Source: a virus
Taxonomy: Duplodnaviria > Heunggongvirae > Uroviricota > Caudoviricetes
Direction: 5' to 3' (one strand)
Virus record (IMG/VR): IMGVR_UViG_3300032315_001309
Span: 1 to 12,304 of that record
Length of the DNA: 12,304 nucleotides
Part shown: one piece after another, positions 6,955-12,304 of the stretch
Position numbering within the stretch: the first letter of the stretch is position 1
Layout of the letters: every line of letters begins with the position of its first letter
Notes under the pieces: model-generated
Told to the model about the DNA's origin: nothing
Database searches by the model: none
Seen by the model: the letters and a program-made list of their open reading frames with translations, nothing else
Made by a program: the position numbers and the translations under genes

Positions 6955-7064
6955 CGGGGAATAGCTCAATGGTAGAGCAACGTAAAATATATCTAGTTTA
7001 GATATTAACTGCAATTTAAAGCATTCGGAGCCGTTGGTTGTAGGTTCGAATCCTGCTTCCCCGA
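6955..7064 (+). tRNA. tRNA-Arg(UCG)-like gene with a 38-nt insertion at 29/30 (T1)
   Basis: CGGGGAA/TTCCCCG acceptor, GCTC-AATGGTA-GAGC D arm, GTAGG-TTCGAAT-CCTGC T arm. Removing 6983-7020 gives the anticodon arm ACGGC-ATTCGGA-GCCGT. Amino-acid identity is uncertain: no A20, and C1-G72/A73 are Pro-like. Confidence 0.7.
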
Positions 7065-7065
7065 T

Positions 7066-7117
7066 TAGATGATTCAGCCATTAAACTTTTTTTGGTAAAA
7101 AATACAACATCATCTAG
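7066..7117 (+). ncRNA. CAGCCA stem-loop RNA, copy A2
   Basis: Near-identical to A1 (one extra T, plus a TA insertion); starts 1 nt after the T1 discriminator. Confidence 0.7.
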
Positions 7118-7143
7118 TATTTTTAAATTTTTATGATATAATT

Positions 7144-7193
7144 TAGGTGGTTCAGCAAATACTGTTTTCCAAATACAAACACCATCCACCTAG
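7144..7193 (+). ncRNA. CAGCAA stem-loop RNA, copy B2
   Basis: TAGGTGG/CCACCTA P1 + G; TTCAGCAA; inner TGT-TTTCCAAAT-ACA. Confidence 0.7.
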
Positions 7194-7201
7194 TTAATTT
7201 T

Positions 7202-7312
7202 GGAGAGATAGCTCAGTTGGTAGAGCAGCGTAAAATATATCTAGTTTTAGGTATTAACCGCAATACAAGCATGTTAAGCCGTTTGTCGTAAGTTCGAATC
7301 TTACTCTCTCCG
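7202..7312 (+). tRNA. tRNA-Asn(GUU)-like gene with a 38-nt insertion at 29/30 (T2)
   Basis: GGAGAGA/TCTCTCC acceptor, G73 (Asn discriminator), GCTC/GAGC D stem, GTAAG-TTCGAAT-CTTAC T arm. Removing 7231-7268 gives GCGGC-ATGTTAA-GCCGT. Confidence 0.75.
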
Positions 7313-7313
7313 T

Positions 7314-7363
7314 TAGATGATTCAGCCATTAAACTTTTTTTGGTAAAAAACAACATCATCTAG
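7314..7363 (+). ncRNA. CAGCCA stem-loop RNA, copy A3
   Basis: Near-identical to A1; starts 1 nt after the T2 discriminator. Confidence 0.7.
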
Positions 7364-7381
7364 ATTTTTTGAATGTCTCCT

Positions 7382-7454
7382 GGGCGCATGGTGAAGTGGA
7401 TTATCACTAGGAGCTTCTACCTCCTCATCCCTGGTTCGAATCCAGGTGCGCCTG
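7382..7454 (+). tRNA. trnR: tRNA-Arg(UCU)
   Basis: GGGCGCA/TGCGCCT acceptor, A20 in the D loop, AGGAG-CTTCTAC-CTCCT, CCTGG-TTCGAAT-CCAGG. Confidence 0.92.
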
Positions 7455-7459
7455 TTAAA

Positions 7460-7489
7460 GTGACATACTTCCTTCTTTTACTATATAAT
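7460..7489 (+). promoter_or_regulatory. Possible internal sigma70 promoter
   Basis: GTGACA, 18-nt spacer, TATAAT (7484-7489), just upstream of tRNA-Gly. Confidence 0.4.
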
Positions 7490-7496
7490 ATATAAT

Positions 7497-7569
7497 GCGA
7501 AATTAGTTCAGCGGCTAGAACGCTATCCTTCCAAGTTAGATGTCACCGGTTCGAATCCGGTATTTCGCT
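7497..7569 (+). tRNA. trnG: tRNA-Gly(UCC)
   Basis: GCGAAAT/ATTTCGC acceptor, U73, GTTC/GAAC D stem, CTATC-CTTCCAA-GTTAG (one T-T mismatch), ACCGG-TTCGAAT-CCGGT. Confidence 0.92.
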
Positions 7570-7606
7570 TAACAATCAATGACAAACGTATTACGATTGT
7601 GTGAAC

Positions 7607-7680
7607 GGGAACGTAGCTCAATTGGTTAGAGCACCCACCTTATAAGTGGGAGGTTCTGGGTTCAATCCCCAGCGTTCCTA
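7607..7680 (+). tRNA. trnI: tRNA-Ile(UAU)
   Basis: GGGAACG/CGTTCCT acceptor, A73, CCCAC-CTTATAA-GTGGG, CTGGG-TTCAATC-CCCAG. Confidence 0.92.
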
Positions 7681-7710
7681 TTGACTTTTGAATTTCCCCC
7701 GCTGGGGGGC

Positions 7711-7740
7711 TTGACAGGCCAGGATCTCCTGTGCTATGAT
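7711..7740 (+). promoter_or_regulatory. Sigma70-type promoter
   Basis: TTGACA, 18-nt spacer, TG-n-TATGAT; followed by a GGCC-GCAA-GGCC leader hairpin and a late-like CATAAATA (7761-7768). Confidence 0.75.
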
Positions 7741-7803
7741 CAACGTAAGGCCGCAAGGCCCATAAATATCATGGATTCAAATTTCGTTAACTCATTCAAA
7801 TCA

Positions 7804-8019
7804 ATGTCACTGACCACAAAATTTAAAAAAGATATCCAGGTGCTGCGGCAAGCTGCTAATGGTGAATTTTATTTGGACGTAAAAAACCCAAAACTTTTTA
7901 AGAAAGTAAAACGTTACTATGAAGATGTTGGTGTAGTTTTTTCTGGTGATCCTGAAGATGATTATGAAATGCTGATCGATTACCTATATGAAGATCTTGA
8001 AGTACAACCGGTTGCGTAA
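7804..8019 (+). CDS. Conserved cyanophage hypothetical protein, 71 aa
   Basis: MSLTTKFKKDIQVLRQAANGEFYLDVKNPKLFKKV...; the ORF-track TTG start at 7681 lies upstream of the promoter, so ATG 7804 (or 7771) is more likely. Confidence 0.75.
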   Translation: MSLTTKFKKDIQVLRQAANGEFYLDVKNPKLFKKVKRYYEDVGVVFSGDPEDDYEMLIDYLYEDLEVQPVA

Positions 8020-8245
8020 TTTAGATAAGTTTACAACTTATAGATATCTTGGAAATTTACTTATTATCATTGGATACTACATTCTACTTTGGCAAAGTGA
8101 GTCTGTCGGTTTAATCATAAAGCTAGTTGGGACTCTCATGGCCATACCCTCACTTTATGTTCTTAAGTTGTGGGATGCTTTGGTTATATGTGGATTCTTT
8201 GCTCTAATTGAATTTTCAAGATTATTTTATTTAATAAATCAATGA
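7988..8245 (+). CDS. Small membrane protein, three hydrophobic segments
   Basis: YLGNLLIIIGYYILLW, GLIIKLVGTLMAIPSL, LWDALVICGFFALIEF; start uncertain. Confidence 0.7.
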   Translation: MKILKYNRLRNLDKFTTYRYLGNLLIIIGYYILLWQSESVGLIIKLVGTLMAIPSLYVLKLWDALVICGFFALIEFSRLFYLINQ

Positions 8246-9033
8246 TAGGATTTAACTCTTTGGGTTTACTGGGTAGATTGGGCAATCAAATGTTTCAATA
8301 TGCTTCTTTAAAAGGTATTGCAAATAAGAACAATTACCAATATTGTATTCCCCCCTCACGTAATATTGATGAATGGAGAGATCATCAACTCTTCAACTGC
8401 TTTACTCTTAAGAATCTTAGTAAATTAAATATTCAGTATATTAAAGCTGGAAGACCTGTAGTACATGAAGCGTCTTTTGGTTTTGATGAAAAGCTTTTTG
8501 GTGAATGTCCTTCTTGGGTCAGTTTAGTTGGGTTTTTTCAATCTGAAAAATATTTTAAGCATATTGAACGAGAAATTAGAGAAGACTTTACCTTTGTGAA
8601 TTCGATTTTAATTCCATGTCAAGAAGCTATTGCAGATCTGAAAAATCCAGTTTCATTGCACATACGAAGAACCGATTACTTAACTAATCCGAATCATCAT
8701 TGTTTACCTTTAAGTTATTATGAAAAAGCACTTGGACAGTTTGATAGTGATAGGGCAGTAATCATTTTTACGGACGATCCAGATTGGATCTATACGCAAA
8801 AATTATTTTCAGATGATCGATTTGTTGTTTCTCTGGGTCAATCAAACTACATGGATCTTTGTCTAATGTCTTTGTGTAGTGAACACATTATCGCAAACAG
8901 TAGTTTTTCTTGGTGGGGTGCCTGGTTATCAAAATCTAGAAAAATAATCGCACCCTCGAATTGGTTTATTGGTTCCAACAATGCACACCTAGATACTAAG
9001 GATTTAATTCCAAGTGAATGGGAGCTATTATGA
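8242..9033 (+). CDS. Alpha-1,2-fucosyltransferase-like protein, glycosyltransferase family 11
   Basis: GRLGNQMFQYA, HIRRTDY, IFTDD, NSSFSWWGAWL motifs. Confidence 0.9.
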   Translation: MIGFNSLGLLGRLGNQMFQYASLKGIANKNNYQYCIPPSRNIDEWRDHQLFNCFTLKNLSKLNIQYIKAGRPVVHEASFGFDEKLFGECPSWVSLVGFFQSEKYFKHIEREIREDFTFVNSILIPCQEAIADLKNPVSLHIRRTDYLTNPNHHCLPLSYYEKALGQFDSDRAVIIFTDDPDWIYTQKLFSDDRFVVSLGQSNYMDLCLMSLCSEHIIANSSFSWWGAWLSKSRKIIAPSNWFIGSNNAHLDTKDLIPSEWELL

Positions 9034-9752
9034 AAGTTGCAATTATTTTTATCGGAACATCAAATTATATTAATTTTCTTCCACTTTATTATGAAAAGTG
9101 TGAAGAAAATTTTCTTGTAAATACGGATAAAACGTATTTCGTTTTCACTGACGGTGAGCTTTCCGACTCACCCGAAAACGTTTTACCTTATTATCAAGAT
9201 CATTTGGATTGGCCATATATTACTTTGAATCGTTTTCAAATCATTAATACGATTAAAAAAGACTTAGAGGATTTCGATTGGCTTGTTTTTATGGATGCAG
9301 ATACACTGGTCGTGGATAAAGTGTCGGAGAATGAATTCTTTACAGATAAACCTTTTTTTGGAGTACATCACCCCTGCGCCTACATGAAAATGTCGCCCCA
9401 CGAGACCCCTCCAGGGGCCTATGAGGCCGATCCACGGTCCAGGGCTTACGTTGACACCGGCATTGATGGGAATTTTGGCCCATACCTCCAAGGCTGCCTG
9501 TGGGGTGGGAAAACTCCCGAGATTTTTTCTTTAATTGATGAGTTAGAGGAAAACATAAAAAAAGATTTGGAAGATAATATTATTGCGGTGTGGCACGATG
9601 AAAGTCATTTGAATCATTATTTCATGAAGCATAAAGAAATGGTTCATGTGCTTGGACCACAATATGCTTATCCTGAGATATTTGCTCAACATTGTCAATT
9701 CGAACCAAAGATTGTACATTTAGCAAAAGATAATGGTAAGTATCAACAATGA
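9030..9752 (+). CDS. Glycosyltransferase family 6 (ABO/alpha-1,3-Gal(NAc)T-like)
   Basis: FIGTSNY, FVFTD, WPYITLNRF, FMDAD (DxD), YLQGCLWGG, WHDESHLNHYF; ATG 9030 overlaps the GT11 stop. Confidence 0.88.
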   Translation: MKVAIIFIGTSNYINFLPLYYEKCEENFLVNTDKTYFVFTDGELSDSPENVLPYYQDHLDWPYITLNRFQIINTIKKDLEDFDWLVFMDADTLVVDKVSENEFFTDKPFFGVHHPCAYMKMSPHETPPGAYEADPRSRAYVDTGIDGNFGPYLQGCLWGGKTPEIFSLIDELEENIKKDLEDNIIAVWHDESHLNHYFMKHKEMVHVLGPQYAYPEIFAQHCQFEPKIVHLAKDNGKYQQ

Positions 9753-10474
9753 AAATTGCAGTTTGTTATCGAGGATTCTTAAGAACTATCACGCAAACAT
9801 TTCAAAATCATCAAGAGAAATTATTTAAGGATCATGATGTAGATTTCTTTGTTCATACATGGAATAAATATCCAGAAGAGATAGCTTACGTTCAACGAAA
9901 TCTAAACCCCAAAAGAATTTTAATTGAAGATACAAAAAGACTAGAAGTTAATCCATATAACTCGATTCAGTTTAATTCTATAAATTTTCAACCCGATTTC
10001 AACAAAAACAAAAAATTATCTAATAATGGGTTGCACTCAAAACCATATAATGTTTTGAGTATGTTATACTCTTTGATGATGGTTAATTCCTTACGTAAAG
10101 AATATTCCGATGACTATCGCTTAATTATTTCAATTAGACCTGATATCTTTTTTTATGATGATTTGGATCTAAATCAAACACAACCAAATCATCTGAATAT
10201 CTCTTGGTTTGAAAATATTGGCGATCATTTAAATCATTCTGATTCAATTATTGATCATATTGCAATTGGAGATTCAAATACGATTAATCGATATTCTGAT
10301 TGTTTTTTATATGTACCATCATATTATTTTAATTTTGGGATTCAATTGGTTCCAGAAATTTTGCTTGGCTATCATGCGAGACATCATCAAAATTTAAAAG
10401 TTAATATGCTAAACTCTAGACATTCTGTAATTAGAATTGCAAATTATAATTCACTCGATAATACTGACAAATGA
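9749..10474 (+). CDS. Putative glycosyltransferase-like protein of phage glycan islands, 241 aa
   Basis: KIAVCYRGFLR...DFFVHTW N-terminus and IRPDI motif; gene context. Confidence 0.55.
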   Translation: MKIAVCYRGFLRTITQTFQNHQEKLFKDHDVDFFVHTWNKYPEEIAYVQRNLNPKRILIEDTKRLEVNPYNSIQFNSINFQPDFNKNKKLSNNGLHSKPYNVLSMLYSLMMVNSLRKEYSDDYRLIISIRPDIFFYDDLDLNQTQPNHLNISWFENIGDHLNHSDSIIDHIAIGDSNTINRYSDCFLYVPSYYFNFGIQLVPEILLGYHARHHQNLKVNMLNSRHSVIRIANYNSLDNTDK

Positions 10475-11166
10475 ACCTAAAGGATTTAGAATTAATTAGT
10501 GTAGATCAAAAACTTTATGATGGATTCAATGATTTTATCATGAGTTCAGATCTAAAGGTTTTTGGTAAACTACTGGCCAGGACTTTATTATTTCAGAAAG
10601 TAAAAGATATTCCGGGGGATATTGTTGAATGTGGCGTTTTTAAGGGCAGTGGATTATTTACTTTTTTGAAATTGAAAAGATATTTTTGTCCTAACACGTA
10701 TAAGAAAGTAATTGGATTTGATTTCTTTGATTCAAAAAAATTAACTGAATCTCTTTCTTCACACGACAAACAGACAATGACTCTTTTGTTTGAACAAAGA
10801 AATTTCACACATGACTTGTTTTATAACAATTTCTTAGAAAAGAAATTTATTGATTGTGGATTCATGGATCATGAATTTGAATTAATAGCGGGTGATATAT
10901 CAAAGTCAGTTCTGCATTTTGTGGAGAACAGACCCGGTGCTAAAATTTCACTACTTTATCTTGATTTGGATTTAGAGATTCCTACTTATGACACTTTAAC
11001 TTCTTTATGGAATAGAGTATCTTCAGGTGGAATTGTTGTTTTTGATGAGTATGCATATCATAATTGGTCTGAATCAATTGGGGTGGATAAATTCTTCAAA
11101 GACAAAAACGTAAAAATAGAATCCTTAAATTATGTTGCCCCCTCTGCATATGTAATAAAGCCATGA
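10471..11166 (+). CDS. TylF/MycF-family sugar O-methyltransferase
   Basis: IPGDIVECGVFKG, GFDFFD, LYLDLDL, GGIVVFDEY. Confidence 0.85.
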   Translation: MNLKDLELISVDQKLYDGFNDFIMSSDLKVFGKLLARTLLFQKVKDIPGDIVECGVFKGSGLFTFLKLKRYFCPNTYKKVIGFDFFDSKKLTESLSSHDKQTMTLLFEQRNFTHDLFYNNFLEKKFIDCGFMDHEFELIAGDISKSVLHFVENRPGAKISLLYLDLDLEIPTYDTLTSLWNRVSSGGIVVFDEYAYHNWSESIGVDKFFKDKNVKIESLNYVAPSAYVIKP

Positions 11167-12304
11167 ATAATTATTTATCAATCTTTGACCTTGATGGTGT
11201 TTTAATTGAAAGCCGAGAAATGCATTATAATGCATTGAATCAAGCATTAGAGAATGTAGATCCGAAGTTTGTAATATCTAAAGAAGAACATTTGAGTTCT
11301 TATGATGGTCTGCCGACTTCTATTAAGTTGAGTCTATTGACGGAAAACAAAGGTCTACCTATTGACAAACACCAACAAATATGGGAAGATAAACAGAAAG
11401 CATCTATCGAAATCTTTTCAGATCTAGAAAATGATTATGAATTAATGAGTTATTTTAAACAACTTAAAAATCATAATTATCGTATTGCGGTTGCGAGTAA
11501 TAGTATACGCAATACCGTAAAGTTAGTTCTTTTAAAATTGGGACTTCTTGAATTTATTGATTATTATGTCAGTAATGAAGATGTCATTAGAAATAAGCCG
11601 TTTCCTGAAATGTATTGGAAATGTATGTCCGCTTGTAACTGTATTCCAAAGCACACTGTAATTTTTGAGGATAGTCATATTGGAAGACAAGGTGCCATAG
11701 ACAGTGGGGCTCACTTAATTCCAATTGAGAACAGATTTGACTTGAATCAAGCAAAGATCAATAAAATTTTTGATATATTTGAAAACCAATGCGTAACTCA
11801 CATACCATGGAGATCTGAAAAAATGAATGTGCTTATTCCTATGGCTGGAGCCGGTAGTCGATTTGCCGATGCTGGATATACTTTTCCCAAGCCATTGATT
11901 GAAGTAAATGGGAAACCAATGATTCAAGTGGTTGTAGAGAACCTTAATATTGAGGCAAACTATACCTTTATTGTACAGAAAGAACATTACTTAAAGTATA
12001 GTCTACAATACCTCTTGAACTTGATTGCACCAAATTGTAATATAGTACAGGTGGATCAATTAACTCAAGGCGCAGCATGTACTACATTACTTGCGAGTGA
12101 ATTTATTGATAATGATTCACCACTTCTGATCGCTAACTCCGATCAATTTGTTGAGTGGAATAGTAATGAATGCCTCTATGCATTTAATGCTGACGGTATT
12201 GATGGTGGAATTTTAACATTTAAAAATTGCCATCCAAAATGGTCATTTGCTAAAATTGGAAGTGATGGTTTCGTATCTGAAGTAGCAGAAAAGAAACCAA
12301 TTAG
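11163..12304 (+). CDS. HAD-family phosphatase fused to a sugar-nucleotidyltransferase-like domain (3'-truncated; missing from the ORF track)
   Basis: Open from ATG 11163 to the window end: FDLDGVL, VASNS, NKPFPE, IFEDS (HAD motifs I-IV), then MNVLIPMAGAGSRF...FPKPLI, TQGAACT, NSDQ, EKKP. Confidence 0.9.
   Translation, partial: MNNYLSIFDLDGVLIESREMHYNALNQALENVDPKFVISKEEHLSSYDGLPTSIKLSLLTENKGLPIDKHQQIWEDKQKASIEIFSDLENDYELMSYFKQLKNHNYRIAVASNSIRNTVKLVLLKLGLLEFIDYYVSNEDVIRNKPFPEMYWKCMSACNCIPKHTVIFEDSHIGRQGAIDSGAHLIPIENRFDLNQAKINKIFDIFENQCVTHIPWRSEKMNVLIPMAGAGSRFADAGYTFPKPLIEVNGKPMIQVVVENLNIEANYTFIVQKEHYLKYSLQYLLNLIAPNCNIVQVDQLTQGAACTTLLASEFIDNDSPLLIANSDQFVEWNSNECLYAFNADGIDGGILTFKNCHPKWSFAKIGSDGFVSEVAEKKPI

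Noticed and set aside
6955-7064. Reading T1 as tRNA-Pro(CGG) from TT-CGG-AG
   Set aside because: C1-G72/A73 look Pro-like, but the only register giving a 5-bp stem, which also matches T2, places UCG in the anticodon.
6983-7268. Group I/II or archaeal BHB introns in T1/T2
   Set aside because: 38 nt is far too short for a self-splicing intron, there is no terminal G or U-G splice pair, and I could not draw a convincing bulge-helix-bulge. Splicing by another route remains open.
6955-7312. Canonical YrlA/Y RNA
   Set aside because: The topology differs (open acceptor ends, closed accessory helix) and the bulged-C Ro-binding helix sequence is not evident; treated as analogous only.
6832-7363. CRISPR array (three near-identical ~50-nt repeats)
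   Set aside because: The intervening segments are ~185-200 nt and are themselves homologous structured RNAs/tRNAs rather than unique spacers; no cas gene is present in the window.
7681-7803. N-terminal extension of the 7681-8019 ORF
   Set aside because: It spans a strong sigma70 promoter and leader hairpin; the recognisable protein begins at ATG 7804.
9264-11987. Minus-strand ORFs 9264-9491, 10593-10808, 11532-11714, 11715-11987
   Set aside because: Antisense shadows of well-supported glycan-enzyme genes.
1-12304. Stop-codon reassignment
   Set aside because: Genes are intact under the standard code, with TAA/TGA stops tightly coupled to downstream starts; no suppressor tRNA is seen.

Overview
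Segment of a T4-like (Kyanoviridae-type) cyanophage genome, probably freshwater; this assignment is inferred from TATAAATA late promoters, tRNA genes and gene types. All credible genes are on the + strand. In order: (1) 1-2640, a virion/tail-fibre-type module with an Ala-x-x repeat protein (3' end), a 220-aa structural-type protein, a 7-bladed Asp-box beta-propeller and a small accessory protein; (2) 2729-4854, small hypothetical ORFs, an HExxH protein and tRNA-Pro; (3) 4959-7363, the most striking part: a DUF2828/vWA (Ro60/TROVE-like) protein flanked by seven short stem-loop RNAs sharing a WAG..CTW-G helix and a CAGC(A/C)A motif, plus two tRNA genes (Arg-UCG, Asn-GUU) that each carry a 38-nt insertion at position 29/30 which is a circular permutation of the same RNA module; (4) three ordinary tRNAs (Arg-UCU, Gly-UCC, Ile-UAU); (5) 8242-end, a surface-glycan island (GT11, GT6, a putative GT, a TylF-type methyltransferase, a HAD-nucleotidyltransferase fusion). 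Family assignments are from recognised motifs, not database searches, and novelty could not be checked.
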